DNA of 64,000 bases from Chloroflexota bacterium (GTDB taxonomy: Bacteria; Chloroflexota; Dehalococcoidia; UBA2979): the NCBI GenBank assembly GCA_016875635.1, contig VGPD01000006.1, forward strand, positions 5,229-69,228, read 5' to 3'. The notes beneath the pieces are model-generated. The model had not been told where the DNA came from. It worked only from the letters and a program-made list of their open reading frames with translations, and did no database searches. Positions 38,541 to 49,463 of the stretch are shown one piece after another (position 1 is the first letter of the stretch; each line of letters begins with the position of its first letter). The translations under genes and the position numbers were made by a program.

Positions 38541-39740
38541 ATGCGCCGCCTCGCTCTGACCCATCGTGCTGCAGCCGGCGCACCGCTGGCGCGAGATGTC
38601 GCTGGAAGTACCGGCGAGGTGCTCGCCCGCGCCGGGCATGTCCTCTCGGATCGGGTGATCAGCGCTCTCCAGCAGCGCGGGATCACCACGGTGTACGTGG
38701 ACGACGCGGCCAGCGCCGGGATCGCCCTGACAGCGATCACCCCGCGACCGGCGATGGCCTCGCTCGAAGGCCTCCTCGATGAATTCACCGTAAGCCTCCA
38801 GAAGGTGGTGGAACCGCTCGTCAACCAGCCGACGTCAAAGATCATCGAGGCCCTCAGGACGGACGCCACAGGCGCCTCCCGGATTCGTGTGACCGCCGTG
38901 CTCTCGGATCTGCGGGATGGTGCCGCGACGCTCGCCGAGGCATGCGCCGAGGCCGGTGGCGATTCGGGTTACCTGACGGACCGCGCTCCGGATGACGACA
39001 TAGTGGGGCATTCGATCCGCGTGGACTCGCTGACGGCGCGGGTTGGGGCTGCTGCGGGGTTCGCGGATGACGCGCTCGTCTTCGCGACGTACGCGGCCCT
39101 GCTCCACGACATCGGACTGATCTTCGTCCCCGCTGAGATCCGCGCCTCCCCCGAACGCTGGAGCGTGCCGCAGCGGTTGCGCTTCGAGGACCACACCGTC
39201 CTTGGCGAGGCGTTGCTGGCCGCGGTCGCGCGGAACTCAGTCGACCTTCCGATCATTGCCGGGGAACATCACGAGGCGCAGGACGGCAGCGGATTCCCGC
39301 GAGGGCGTCGGGGCGGCAACCGGGTGCTGCGCGGTGCCGAGAAGCAACGAAGCCCGGATCAGGTAGCGCTGCTTTCCGAGGTGGTTGCCGTCGCGGACCG
39401 GTACGAGCGCCTCGTGTCCCCGTCGCCGGCGCGTGCCGGCCTCCCCCCGGCGGAGGCGCGGTATGTGCTCTCGTCCGAGGCCGGCGTCAAACTGAACGCC
39501 GAAGTGGTCGCCCGCTTTCTTGAGACCTTCCCGGCGCTCCCACTCGGGACAGAGGTGCGTGTTGTAGGTGGCGAGTATGACGGTTCCTACGGGATCGTGG
39601 CGCGTCTTTCGACGACGGGGCAGCGTCCTCTCGTCCGCGTCTACGCCGACCGTTCCGGACGTACGCATACGCCCGTCGAGGTTGACCTCGCCCGGCTTCG
39701 TGATGTGAACGTGCTGTTGGACGAGGGACACGAGGCTTAG
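38541..39740 (+). CDS. HD-GYP domain protein (putative c-di-GMP phosphodiesterase)
   Basis: LLHDIGL and HHEAQDGSGFP motifs are present (the GYP is a variant, GFP). Confidence 0.7.
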   Translation: MRRLALTHRAAAGAPLARDVAGSTGEVLARAGHVLSDRVISALQQRGITTVYVDDAASAGIALTAITPRPAMASLEGLLDEFTVSLQKVVEPLVNQPTSKIIEALRTDATGASRIRVTAVLSDLRDGAATLAEACAEAGGDSGYLTDRAPDDDIVGHSIRVDSLTARVGAAAGFADDALVFATYAALLHDIGLIFVPAEIRASPERWSVPQRLRFEDHTVLGEALLAAVARNSVDLPIIAGEHHEAQDGSGFPRGRRGGNRVLRGAEKQRSPDQVALLSEVVAVADRYERLVSPSPARAGLPPAEARYVLSSEAGVKLNAEVVARFLETFPALPLGTEVRVVGGEYDGSYGIVARLSTTGQRPLVRVYADRSGRTHTPVEVDLARLRDVNVLLDEGHEA

Positions 39741-39756
39741 GGCCAGCGGACGGTTG

Positions 39757-41547
39757 TCACCCCTGGGCGGAGCCGAAATGGCGAGCCGCCGTCTCCGCGG
39801 CTTCCGTTGTGAGCGAGTCCAGCAGCGCCTGCCGGTGCGTGAGCACGGCGGCCACAACCTCCGCACGCGCGACCTGCGAGGCCGCGCCACCGTCTCGCAC
39901 CTTCAACTCCACGATCCCCGCGGCGTGGTTCCGGCTCGACACCGTCAGCCGGAGTGGGACGCCGATCAGGTCCGCGTCGTTGAACTTCACACCGGGCCGC
40001 TCGTCCCGGTCGTCGAAGACCACTTCCAGGCCCACTTCGTGCAGCGCGTCGTACAGCGCATCCGCGTCCGCGCGGGCCGCCTCGTCGCGGTCGAGCCCGA
40101 TTCCCACCATGTGGACGTCGTACGGAGCGATCGAGGCAGGCCAGGCGAGCCCGGCGTCGTCGCGGTGGACCTCGGCGGCGGCGGCGATGATCCGCTCCAC
40201 GCCGATGCCGTAGCAGCCCATCGTCGGCGTCAACTGGGTGCCCTGGGCGTCCTGTACCGACACGTCCATCGAGGTGGTGTAGACGTACTGCAGCCGGAAG
40301 ACGTGGCCCATCTCGATGCCGCGCGTCGAGCCGAGCGTGCCCTCACCGCACTGCGCGCAGCGGTGTCCCACCTGCGCCGTCGCGATGTCCGCCACGACCT
40401 CGGCCTGCCAGTCGCGGCTGTGGTTCACGTTCCGCAGGTGCCATCCGACCCGGTTCGCGCCCGCTACCAGGTTCGGCGACTCCGCGACCGAGGTGTCCGC
40501 GATCACACGCACGCCCGGACGCACGCCGATCGGCGAGGCGTAACCGGCGACCAGCCCGTATTCGGCGACCTCGGCGTCCACCATCGGCCGCAGTTCACCG
40601 CCGCCGAGCGCGTTCGCCAGCTTGACCTCGTTCACATCGAGGTCGCCCCGGACGACGGCGAAGACGGGCACGCCAACGCGTTGACCCTTCGGCGTCGCCA
40701 TGTAGAACACGGCCTTAGCGGTCTGCTTCGCTTCAACGCCGAGGAATGTCGCAAGGCCGGCGATCGAGGTGACGACCGGCGTCTCCACTTCTTCGATCGC
40801 GAGGGGCGCGCCGGGGATCGCCGGCGGACGGATGAAGGCAGCCTTCTCGGTGTTGGCCGCGTACGTGCAGCGGTCGCAGAAGACCACCGTGTCCTCGCCC
40901 GTCTCGGTCGGGAAGATGAACTCCTGCGAGCCTTTCCCGCCGATCGCACCCGAATCCGCCTCCACCGGCAGTGTCGGTACGCCGCAGCGGGCGAAGATCC
41001 GGCGGTAGGCCTCGAACATCGCCGCGTACGAGGCGTCGAGTCCCGCATCGTCCGCGTCGAAGGAGTAGGCATCCTTCATCGTGAACTCGCGCACGCGCAC
41101 CAGGCCGCCGCGCGGGCGGGCCTCGTCCCGGAATTTCGTCTGGATCTGGTAGAGCGTGACCGGCAGGTCGCGGTAGGAGAACGCGTGGTCCTTGAAGAGC
41201 CGCGTGATCACCTCTTCGTGTGTGGGGCCGAGGGCCATGCCGCGCTCGCGACGGTCGGACAGCTGGAAGAGCACGTCGCCCATCTGCGCCTTGCGCCCGG
41301 TCTGCTCCCACAGCTCGATCGGCTGGATCGCCGGCAGGTGGACCTCCTGCGCCCCGGCGCGGTCCATCTCCTCGCGGACGATTTGCTCCACCTTCAGCTT
41401 CACCCGCTGTCCCAGCGGTAGGAAGGAGTAGACGCCGGCCATCAACTGGTCGATGTAACCGCCGCGCAGCAGGAGGGCGTGCGATGCCGTCTCGGCGTCG
41501 CCGGGCATCTCCCGCAGGGTGCGTCCGAACATTCGTGACATGCGCAT
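39757..41547 (-). CDS. proS: proline--tRNA ligase (bacterial type with INS editing domain)
   Basis: MRMSRMFGRTLRE is present, with class II motifs and a C-terminal anticodon-binding domain. Confidence 0.9.
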   Translation of the reverse strand: MRMSRMFGRTLREMPGDAETASHALLLRGGYIDQLMAGVYSFLPLGQRVKLKVEQIVREEMDRAGAQEVHLPAIQPIELWEQTGRKAQMGDVLFQLSDRRERGMALGPTHEEVITRLFKDHAFSYRDLPVTLYQIQTKFRDEARPRGGLVRVREFTMKDAYSFDADDAGLDASYAAMFEAYRRIFARCGVPTLPVEADSGAIGGKGSQEFIFPTETGEDTVVFCDRCTYAANTEKAAFIRPPAIPGAPLAIEEVETPVVTSIAGLATFLGVEAKQTAKAVFYMATPKGQRVGVPVFAVVRGDLDVNEVKLANALGGGELRPMVDAEVAEYGLVAGYASPIGVRPGVRVIADTSVAESPNLVAGANRVGWHLRNVNHSRDWQAEVVADIATAQVGHRCAQCGEGTLGSTRGIEMGHVFRLQYVYTTSMDVSVQDAQGTQLTPTMGCYGIGVERIIAAAAEVHRDDAGLAWPASIAPYDVHMVGIGLDRDEAARADADALYDALHEVGLEVVFDDRDERPGVKFNDADLIGVPLRLTVSSRNHAAGIVELKVRDGGAASQVARAEVVAAVLTHRQALLDSLTTEAAETAARHFGSAQG

Positions 41548-41604
41548 GGCGCGAGTCTACGGTCGCCCCCCGGCGCGGGCTACTACGATGCTCGGGGAGG
41601 CATC

Positions 41605-42091
41605 GATGCCGGACGAACCAGCCACGCCTCTCTCGCCGGCCAGACGGCCCAGGGACGAATACGGCCGTCCGCTCCCGGACGGCGCACCCACCCGCCTCGT
41701 CCTCCCTGACTTCGACGCCATGACGATGGACGAAGCGCACGCCGAGGCGATCCGCCTCTTTGACGCCGGCAACTACTTCGGCGCTCATGAGGCCTGGGAG
41801 ACGTGCTGGGCGCTCTCGAAGGACAGCCACGAGGAGGAGTTCTTCAAGGGACTCGCGCAGCTCGGTGCCGGCTACACCCACTGGATGCGCGGCAACCCGC
41901 TTGGCGTCGTCCACCTGCTCGACCGTGCGCTCGCCCGCATCGGCCTCATGGGTTCACCGTATGGCGGCATCGACGTCGACGCCTTCATCGCCCATGCCGC
42001 CGAGGTGCGCGCGCTGGCTCAGCAGGCGCTCGACCGCGGCAAACCGCTCCCTGACCTGTCGAAGCGTTCGGTCCCGCTCGCAGCGGACTAG
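41605..42091 (+). CDS. DUF309 domain protein
   Basis: FDAGNYFGAHEAWETCW signature. ATG at 41605 with RBS GGGGAGG. Confidence 0.65.
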
Positions 42092-43035
42092 ACGACCGCG
42101 ATGATCCCCGCTTCTGCGAGGACATCGATGGCGCGGGCGAGGTCGTCGTCCGGCTCGACCTGGTCGATCTCGAACGTCCGCTGTGCGCGCGGGTTCGCCT
42201 CCGCGATCCGGGCGGCCAGCCACGCGAAGTCCACGTCGCCGTTGCCCGGCGCTCGGTGGTCGAGCAGGCCTCGCACATCGTGCAGGTGCAGTTCCACGAG
42301 TCGAGGCCCTACGAGGTCCCACCACGCGGAGCGGTCGGTGACACCCAGCCGGTGGTGGACCTCGGCGTGTCCCACGTCGTGGACATACCCCACCACGTCG
42401 GCCGGGTACGGCGCGAAGAGGTCGGCGGCTTCCTGCGGGAGCGGAATCTCGTGGTAGTGCAGCCGTGTCTCGATGCCCAGCGTGACACCGCGGCGGCCGG
42501 CCTCCTCGACCATCGTTGCGAGGCTCCGCCGCGCCGCGTCGAGGGAGGGCGCGGCGATGGCTGCGCGCTCACGGACGGTCGTATCGACCGTCGCAGCCCA
42601 CTCGTCACGCAACACCTCGCGGCGGTCGTACATCGAACGGAGCCGTCGCTCCCCCGCCAGCAGCCGGTTCCCCACGCCACCGAGGTGGACGACGACGATC
42701 GAGGCCCCCGCGTCAGCCGCGAGCGTGATCGAACGGAGGTGGAAGTCGACCGCAAGCCCGCGCTCGACCTCGTCGGTCGCGGCGAGGTTCAGTTCGCGGT
42801 TCCACCCGGCCGAGGGGTGCCGCTCCAGTGGGGCGGGCGCATGGACGCCGGTCACGGGCAATGAGCGGTAGCCGAGGATGGCGCCGGCCTGCTCCGCCGT
42901 CATCGAATGGTTGATCTCGACGCCGCGGTAGCCAAGTTCACCGGCGCGCTCCATGAACGCGCCCAGCGCACGCTCGAAGCGCGGCTGCACCGCCCACATC
43001 GTGGAAAGCGAAGGAAGGAGAGGATCGACCGCCAT
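42088..43035 (-). CDS. sugar phosphate isomerase/epimerase (xylose-isomerase-like TIM barrel)
   Basis: AP-endonuclease-2/TIM-barrel pattern (VVHLGG, ELHLHD). Confidence 0.65.
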   Translation of the reverse strand: MAVDPLLPSLSTMWAVQPRFERALGAFMERAGELGYRGVEINHSMTAEQAGAILGYRSLPVTGVHAPAPLERHPSAGWNRELNLAATDEVERGLAVDFHLRSITLAADAGASIVVVHLGGVGNRLLAGERRLRSMYDRREVLRDEWAATVDTTVRERAAIAAPSLDAARRSLATMVEEAGRRGVTLGIETRLHYHEIPLPQEAADLFAPYPADVVGYVHDVGHAEVHHRLGVTDRSAWWDLVGPRLVELHLHDVRGLLDHRAPGNGDVDFAWLAARIAEANPRAQRTFEIDQVEPDDDLARAIDVLAEAGIIAVV

Positions 43036-43094
43036 TGTCCAATCCTCGCGCCTGGGGGGGCGGGGCGCCAGCGGCGGATGACGCCACTAGTGCG

Positions 43095-44255
43095 TTACGC
43101 CGGAGCGAGGCCCTTTGAGGCGATGACCTCGTCGAGGAGCGTGCGCACCTGGCCAAGGACGGAGTCGTACGGGAAATGTCCCACCGTGGCCTCACCGCGC
43201 TTCAGGTTCACGCCCAGTGGGCCGCACCAGAGCCCGATGTCGGCGTCGTCGGTCTCGCCCGGGCCATTCACCCGACAACCCATCACGGCGATCGTGACCC
43301 GGTATTTCGAGGCGTATTCCGACATCGTCTTCACGTCGCGGGCGAGTTCGATGAACGCCTCGTTCTCCACGCGCGAACAGGAGGGGCAGGAGATGATGTT
43401 GAGGCCCTCGCCGAAGTTAGCCGGCACCGACCGGAACCGTCCATTGGCGATGTCGTCGAGGAGCGCGCGCCCGACGGTGATCTCCTGGCCCTTGTCCTCG
43501 AACGGCAGCGTGAGGGAGACGCGGATCGTGTCACCGATTCCCTCCGCGATCAGTTGCTCGAAGGCAATTCGGGTCTTGATGATCCCGTCCGGTGGCATGC
43601 CGGCTTCGGTGACACCGAGGTGGAGCGGCACGTCCGGGCGCTGCGACGAGAAGCGGCGGTTGCCCTCCACGACCTTCCGCCAGTCCGAGTCCTTCAGCGA
43701 GACGACGAAGCGGTGGAAGCCGAGGTCGTCCAGCATCTGGGCGTGCTCAAGGGCACTCTCCACCATCGCGCCGACGTCGTCGTGGCCGAACTTCGCCGCC
43801 TTCTCCGGGTCGACCGAGCCGCAGTTCACACCGACTCGCAGTGCGATGTCGTGCTTCACGGCGACGTCCGCGAGGAACGCGACTTTGTCGCGGATGCTCT
43901 TCTCCCGCTCATGGTGGTGGAGGTGGCCGGGGTTGTACCTGACCTTGTCCACGAGCGGCGCAACAAGGGCGGCCAGCCGGTAGTTCTCCTGCAGGTCCAC
44001 GGAGAGGTTAGCCCCCAGTTCGCGCGTTTGCGCGCGTACCTCGGTGAGTGCTTCGACATCCTTGCGGCTGTCGACGGCGATGCGGATGACGTCCGCCCCG
44101 GCGGCGTGGATCAGGCGCACCTGGCGCACGGTGGCGTCGACGTCCTGGGTGCGGGTGGCGGCCATCGACTGCACGGCGATCGGAGTGCCTCCGCCGATCT
44201 GGGTGCGACCGACGCGGACGGCGCGGGTGGGCTTCCGGCGGGCGTTCAGCGGCAT
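43095..44255 (-). CDS. ispG: 4-hydroxy-3-methylbut-2-en-1-yl diphosphate synthase (flavodoxin)
   Basis: The three-Cys cluster SCPSCSR...GCRVNGPGE and the RVGVNCGS motif are present. Confidence 0.9.
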   Translation of the reverse strand: MPLNARRKPTRAVRVGRTQIGGGTPIAVQSMAATRTQDVDATVRQVRLIHAAGADVIRIAVDSRKDVEALTEVRAQTRELGANLSVDLQENYRLAALVAPLVDKVRYNPGHLHHHEREKSIRDKVAFLADVAVKHDIALRVGVNCGSVDPEKAAKFGHDDVGAMVESALEHAQMLDDLGFHRFVVSLKDSDWRKVVEGNRRFSSQRPDVPLHLGVTEAGMPPDGIIKTRIAFEQLIAEGIGDTIRVSLTLPFEDKGQEITVGRALLDDIANGRFRSVPANFGEGLNIISCPSCSRVENEAFIELARDVKTMSEYASKYRVTIAVMGCRVNGPGETDDADIGLWCGPLGVNLKRGEATVGHFPYDSVLGQVRTLLDEVIASKGLAPA

Positions 44256-44316
44256 CGATGGCTCTCCCGGTCGCGCGCGAGGTGCATATTGCTCAGGGTA
44301 CCGCAGGTCGTACCTG

Positions 44317-45537
44317 CTATCCGCCGTTCACGATCCGCGAGATGTCGGCGAAGGTCACGACCACGGCCAGCAGCAGGAATGCCGCCAGCCCGACCATGTG
44401 GACGAGTGCTTCACGTTCCGGCCGCACCTTCCGACCGCCTCGCACGATCTCGATGAGCACAAAGAAGACGCGCCCGCCGTCCAGCATCGGCAGCGGCAAC
44501 AGGTTCAGGATGCCAAGGTTGATCGAGAGCAGCGCCGCCAGCTCCAGCAGGGGTGAAATCGCACCCGCCGTGGTCTCCGATGAGCGCGCGACCTCGCCCG
44601 TGGTTTGAGCGATGCCAACGGGTCCCTGGAACTGCGGGCGCGCCGTCCCCTTCACCCAGCCGACGACCTCGTTCCGGGCGAGGATCAGCGTCTGCCATGT
44701 CATCACGGCGCCGTTCGGAATCGCCTCCCACGGCGGCTCGGAGACGGTGACCGTGTACGGCCGGCCGTCCACCGGGTTCACCGACTCCGGGGCGATCGAG
44801 ATGCCGGTGGGGCCCTGCCCGGCGGGCGGCGCCCAGCGTGCATAGACCGGCACGGTCACCTGCTCGCCCGCGCGACGGACCGTGATGTCCACGGTCTTGC
44901 CCTGATAGATGCGGACGAGGCGGCTGGCCTCCGCCAGATTTTTGGCGTCGTGCGAGCCGACGCGGAGGATGACATCGCCTTCGCGCAGGCCAGCGGCCTC
45001 CGCCGGGGTGCCGGATGCGACGCCGGTGATCTTCGCACGCCCCTCGTCCTCCTGGTGCGGGATCATCAGCGCTGCTGACAGCAACACCACTGGCAGCACG
45101 AGGTTCACCAGCGCGCCCGAGGTCAGCACGATCAGCCGTTGCCAGCGCGGCTTCGCCGCCAGCGAGCGCGGGCTGGACGCGTTCTCTTCGCCCTCCAGCC
45201 GCACATATCCGCCGAGGGGAAGCCAGTTCACCGAGTATTCGGTCTCGCCGATCCGCTTCGCGAAGATGCGCGGCGGGAACCCGAAGGCGAACTCGTGGAC
45301 GCGAACGCCGAACGCCTTCGCGGTCAGGAAGTGCCCGGCCTCATGCACCATGACCACGCCGAGCATGATCGCGATGAAGATCACGGCGCTGGTCATCGCC
45401 TCCCGTGCCATCACGGACCCGACGCTGAAGCCGACCAGGACGATCGCGGCGGTGATCCAGGTCTTCAGCGGCGGGCGGCCACCCGGCGTCACGGGGGGCT
45501 CAGCCGCTGAGATCTCGTCGCGCCATTCGTCCTGCAT
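44317..45537 (-). CDS. rseP: RIP site-2 metalloprotease
   Basis: HEAGHF zinc motif, a PDZ domain and LPLGGYV. Confidence 0.88.
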   Translation of the reverse strand: MQDEWRDEISAAEPPVTPGGRPPLKTWITAAIVLVGFSVGSVMAREAMTSAVIFIAIMLGVVMVHEAGHFLTAKAFGVRVHEFAFGFPPRIFAKRIGETEYSVNWLPLGGYVRLEGEENASSPRSLAAKPRWQRLIVLTSGALVNLVLPVVLLSAALMIPHQEDEGRAKITGVASGTPAEAAGLREGDVILRVGSHDAKNLAEASRLVRIYQGKTVDITVRRAGEQVTVPVYARWAPPAGQGPTGISIAPESVNPVDGRPYTVTVSEPPWEAIPNGAVMTWQTLILARNEVVGWVKGTARPQFQGPVGIAQTTGEVARSSETTAGAISPLLELAALLSINLGILNLLPLPMLDGGRVFFVLIEIVRGGRKVRPEREALVHMVGLAAFLLLAVVVTFADISRIVNGG

Positions 45538-46688
45538 TACCGCACCCCCGCCGCCACGCGGCTGTCCACGAATCGCCGGCCCCACGCCTCCGCCGCCAGC
45601 AGGGCCTCGAGGTCGCCCGTGCGCTGGGGTTCGTGGGCATCCAGCGCCTGCGCCAGCAATCGTCCGATCTCGGTGAATCGGATGCGGCCCGCGAGGAAAT
45701 GCGCGACGGCGGACTCGTCAGCACCGGAGATGGCCGCCGCCGAGGTGTCCTCGCGCCGGCCGGCTTCGAGCGCGATCCCAAGCGCGGGGAAGCGCTCGGC
45801 GTCGACGCTGCCGAAGGTGAGGCTCCCGCGCCGAGCGAGGTCGAGTGCGGGCGCGGGTTTCGCCGCGCCGCGGTGCGGGTACGTCAGCGCCACCTGGATC
45901 GGGAGGCGCATGTCCGGCTCGCCCAGCTGTGCCTTCACGGAACCGTCGCGGAAGGTGACCATGCTGTGTACGACGCTCTCGCGGTGCTGCAGGATCTCGA
46001 CGCGGTCCAGCGGGACATCGAAGAGCCAGCGCGCCTCGATCGCTTCGAGGCCCTTGTTGAAGAGCGTGGCGCTGTCGATCGTGATCTTCGGGCCCATCTT
46101 CCACGTCGGGTGGGCCAGCGCCTGTGCGGCGGTCACGGCCTCCAGCTCAGACGGTTCGTAGTCGCGGAACGCGCCGCCCGAGGCGGTGAGGGTGAGCCGC
46201 TCGACGCTGTCCGGCGCCTCGCCCCAGAGGCACTGCCAGATTGCGGAGTGTTCGGAGTCCACCGGCCGCAGTTCCCCGCCCAGTCCTCGCCCGGCGTCGA
46301 GCGCGGCGCGGACGGCCGGACCACCGACGACCAGCGTCTCCTTGTTCGCGATCGCGACCGGTTTGCCCGCGCGGAGCGCCGCGATGGTGGCCGGCAGCGC
46401 GGCGAGTCCGCTCGTCGCGACGAGGACGAGGTCGACATCCTCGCGGATCACCATCGCCTCGAGCGGCTGCCACTCGGCGGAGGTTGCGGCGCGGAGGGCG
46501 TCGGCGTCGTGGCCGGGACGGGCGAAGAGGGCGGAGGGCGCGAACTCGCTCGCCTGGGCGTGCAACAGGCCTGCGTTACCGCCGGCGGCGAGGGCGACGA
46601 CCTCAAACTCGTCGGGCAGCTCGCGCACGACGTCCAGCGCCTGCTGGCCGACGGAACCGGTGGAGCCGAGGATCGCGAGACGGATCAT
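45537..46688 (-). CDS. dxr: 1-deoxy-D-xylulose 5-phosphate reductoisomerase
   Basis: ILGSTGSVG NADPH-binding motif and DSEHSA. Confidence 0.9.
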   Translation of the reverse strand: MIRLAILGSTGSVGQQALDVVRELPDEFEVVALAAGGNAGLLHAQASEFAPSALFARPGHDADALRAATSAEWQPLEAMVIREDVDLVLVATSGLAALPATIAALRAGKPVAIANKETLVVGGPAVRAALDAGRGLGGELRPVDSEHSAIWQCLWGEAPDSVERLTLTASGGAFRDYEPSELEAVTAAQALAHPTWKMGPKITIDSATLFNKGLEAIEARWLFDVPLDRVEILQHRESVVHSMVTFRDGSVKAQLGEPDMRLPIQVALTYPHRGAAKPAPALDLARRGSLTFGSVDAERFPALGIALEAGRREDTSAAAISGADESAVAHFLAGRIRFTEIGRLLAQALDAHEPQRTGDLEALLAAEAWGRRFVDSRVAAGVR

Positions 46689-46713
46689 GGCGTGCCTGTG
46701 CTGGTGTGGTGGG

Positions 46714-47493
46714 CTACAGCCATCGCAACAACCAGTATAGGCACACGCCTACGACGAGCACGGAGTCGAGACGGTCGAGCAGACCACCGTGTCCCGGCAG
46801 CCAGCCGGACATGTCCTTCACTCCCATCTGCCGTTTGAGCGCGGACTCCAGCAGGTCGCCGGCGATCGCCACGAGCGGGAGCAGCATTGCTCCCAGAGCG
46901 AGCCGGGCCTCGGGGAGTTCGAGGTCGAGCAGGGTGACGGCGGCGACGAACGCCAGAGCGCCCGAGACGAGCCCGCCGAGCCCGCCCTCCCATGTCTTTT
47001 TCGGCGAGACGGCGGGCCAGAGCAGGTGGCGACCCACGAGCCGCCCGACGGCGTACGCCCCCGTGTCCGTCGCGAAGGCGGCCGCGAGCAGCACGATGCA
47101 CCACGCCCGGCCGTCGTCGAGCCCGCGGAGCAGGATGAGGTGCGCACCCAGCGCGACGTACAGCGTTGCGCCCAACCACCAACCGGCGTCGGTGACGCCG
47201 ATGCGGCCGCGCGGGTGCAGCAACAGGCTGAGGGTGACCGCGGCCATCCCGACGAACGGGAGCACCGGGAACGCCGGGACGGCACGCGCCGCGGCCGCGT
47301 AGAGCGCGACCGCGGCGGCGGCGCTCATGCCGTAGGCGGGGGAGGCCTCCGGGCTCGCGGCGCGCGCCATCTCGAAGGCGGCGGCGGCGAGGAGCAGCGT
47401 GACCGCAGCGGCGAACACCGGCTCCGGCGCCGCCAGCAGGAGGCCGAGGAGCGGGAGCCCGACCGCCGCGACCAGCAGACGCTGACGGAGCAA
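46714..47493 (-). CDS. cdsA: phosphatidate cytidylyltransferase
   Basis: C-terminal KRQMGVKDMSGWLPGHGGLLDRLDS signature. Confidence 0.88.
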   Translation of the reverse strand: MLRQRLLVAAVGLPLLGLLLAAPEPVFAAAVTLLLAAAAFEMARAASPEASPAYGMSAAAAVALYAAAARAVPAFPVLPFVGMAAVTLSLLLHPRGRIGVTDAGWWLGATLYVALGAHLILLRGLDDGRAWCIVLLAAAFATDTGAYAVGRLVGRHLLWPAVSPKKTWEGGLGGLVSGALAFVAAVTLLDLELPEARLALGAMLLPLVAIAGDLLESALKRQMGVKDMSGWLPGHGGLLDRLDSVLVVGVCLYWLLRWL

Positions 47494-47495
47494 TG

Positions 47496-48053
47496 CTAGA
47501 CCGACAGGAGCTCGCGCTCCTTCTCCTTCGCCATCGCCTCGATCTTTTCGATGTGCTGCTGCGTGAGGCGGTCGATCTCCCCGGCAGCGTTGTCGCTCTC
47601 GTTCTCGGAGATATCGCCGTCCTTGAGGGCCTTCTTGACCGCGTCGTGCGCGTGGCGGCGGATGTTCCGCACGGAGACGCGCGCCTCCTCGGTCTTGGTG
47701 TGGACCTGCTTCGTCATCTCCTTGCGGCGCTGCTCGGTGAGCGGGGGGATGGGCAGGCGGATGACGCGGCCGTCGCTGTTCGGGGTGATGCCGATGTCGC
47801 TCTGCTGAAGGGCCTTGATGATCGGGTCGACGGTCGTGCGGTCGAAGGGCGTGATGCTGATCAGCTGGGCCTCCGGCGTCGCGAGGTTCGCGAGCTGGAT
47901 CAGCGTCATCTTCGCCCCGTAGACATCGACCATGATGTGCTCGACGAGGGCGGTCGAGGCGCGGCCCGTGCGCACGCCGGTCAGGTCGCGCTGGAAGGCG
48001 TTGATCGCGCCACCCATCTTCTCTTCGGCTTCCAGGAGGATCTCGTCGGTCAT
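47496..48053 (-). CDS. frr: ribosome recycling factor
   Basis: Full-length RRF (MTDEILLEAEEKMGG...). Confidence 0.92.
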   Translation of the reverse strand: MTDEILLEAEEKMGGAINAFQRDLTGVRTGRASTALVEHIMVDVYGAKMTLIQLANLATPEAQLISITPFDRTTVDPIIKALQQSDIGITPNSDGRVIRLPIPPLTEQRRKEMTKQVHTKTEEARVSVRNIRRHAHDAVKKALKDGDISENESDNAAGEIDRLTQQHIEKIEAMAKEKERELLSV

Positions 48054-48129
48054 CGCTCGACCTCCATGCAGGCGCGGGGGAGCGGGCGAGGGCGAGCGTA
48101 TCGCAGACGCGCCCGCCCTCGCTTCCCGG

Positions 48130-48636
48130 CTACTTCCCGCCGATCTCGAAGCGCGAGAAACGTGCGATCCGGACGTTCTCGCCGGTCGTGGCGATCACAT
48201 CCTGCACGAGGTCGGCGATCGTCTTCTTGCCGTCCTTGATGAACGCCTGCGTGAGCAGCGCGTTCTCTTCCTTCGTCCCCGGGGCGTCCGCGGGGACCTC
48301 CTCGGGCGTCAGGGCCACGGGGCTCATTGCGGCGACCTGCATCGCCACGTCGCGGGCGAGCGTCTTGAAGGCGTCTGTGCGCGCGACGAAGTCGGTCTCG
48401 CACTGCAATTCGACGATCGCGCCGATACGGCCCTGACCGTGGATGTAGGCCTCCACGACACCCTGGCCGGTCGCGCGCTCGGAGCGCTTCGCCGCGGCGG
48501 CGACGCCGCGTTCGCGAAGGAGTTCCTTCGCCTTGTCGAAGTTGCCGCCGGCTTCCTCCAGCGCCTTCTTGGCGTCCATGACGCCGGCGCTGGTCTCTTC
48601 GCGCAACCGCTTCACGTCCTCAGTGCTGACTGCCAC
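48130..48636 (-). CDS. tsf: elongation factor Ts (short form)
   Basis: The UBA-like N-terminus VKRLREETSAGVMDAKKAL is present. GTG start with GAGGAG upstream. Confidence 0.85.
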   Translation of the reverse strand: MAVSTEDVKRLREETSAGVMDAKKALEEAGGNFDKAKELLRERGVAAAAKRSERATGQGVVEAYIHGQGRIGAIVELQCETDFVARTDAFKTLARDVAMQVAAMSPVALTPEEVPADAPGTKEENALLTQAFIKDGKKTIADLVQDVIATTGENVRIARFSRFEIGGK

Positions 48637-48728
48637 TGTGATGCTCCTCGCAGGGCCCGGCCGTCGAGGCCGGGCAGGTGCGGGCGTGCGGAGATACAAC
48701 GCACGCCCGAGGTTGGGGCCGGGCGGGA

Positions 48729-49463
48729 CTACTCCCGCGCGGCCTCGTACTGCTGTTCGACTTCTCCCACAGCGGCGCCCTCGATGGCAGCGTCCGCGAT
48801 GCGGCCCGTCATCAGCTGGATGGCGCGGATCGCGTCGTCGTTCGACGGGATCGGGAAGTCGACGTGGTCCGGGTCGGCGTTGGTGTCGCACATGGCGATG
48901 ATGGGGACGCCGGCGCGGCGCGCCTCCTGCACGGCGTTCGCCTCCATCGTCGGGTCGACGACGAAGACGGCGCCCGGCAGGCGGGTCATGTTGCGGAGGC
49001 CGCCGAAGGCGTGCTCGAGGCGCTCGTAGTCCTTCGCCAGCATCATCTGCTCGCGCTTCGTGAGCCCCTCGGCGTTGAGGACTTCCTCGCCGGCCGAGAT
49101 GCGGGCCTCGATGCGCTTGAAGTACTCGATTCGGCGGCTGACGGTGACGAAGTTGGTGAGCGTGCCACCGAGCCAGCGGCTGGTGACGTACGGCATCCCG
49201 GCGCGGGTCGCCTCGGCGACGATGATCCCGCGGGCCTGCTTCTTGGTGCCGACGAAGAGCACCTGGTCGCCGGCGGAGACGACTTCCTGCACCTTCGCCA
49301 CGGCGGCGTCGAGGCCTTTGACCGTGAGTGCGAGATCCAGGATGTGGATGCCGTTACGGGCGGTGAAGATGAACCGCCCCATGTGGGGGTTCCATCGACG
49401 GGTCTGGTGGCCGAAGTGGACTCCGGCCTCCAACATCTGACGCATGCTGACGCTTGCAGCCAT
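48729..49463 (-). CDS. rpsB: 30S ribosomal protein S2
   Basis: MRQMLEAGVHFGHQTRRWNP. Confidence 0.95.
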   Translation of the reverse strand: MAASVSMRQMLEAGVHFGHQTRRWNPHMGRFIFTARNGIHILDLALTVKGLDAAVAKVQEVVSAGDQVLFVGTKKQARGIIVAEATRAGMPYVTSRWLGGTLTNFVTVSRRIEYFKRIEARISAGEEVLNAEGLTKREQMMLAKDYERLEHAFGGLRNMTRLPGAVFVVDPTMEANAVQEARRAGVPIIAMCDTNADPDHVDFPIPSNDDAIRAIQLMTGRIADAAIEGAAVGEVEQQYEAARE

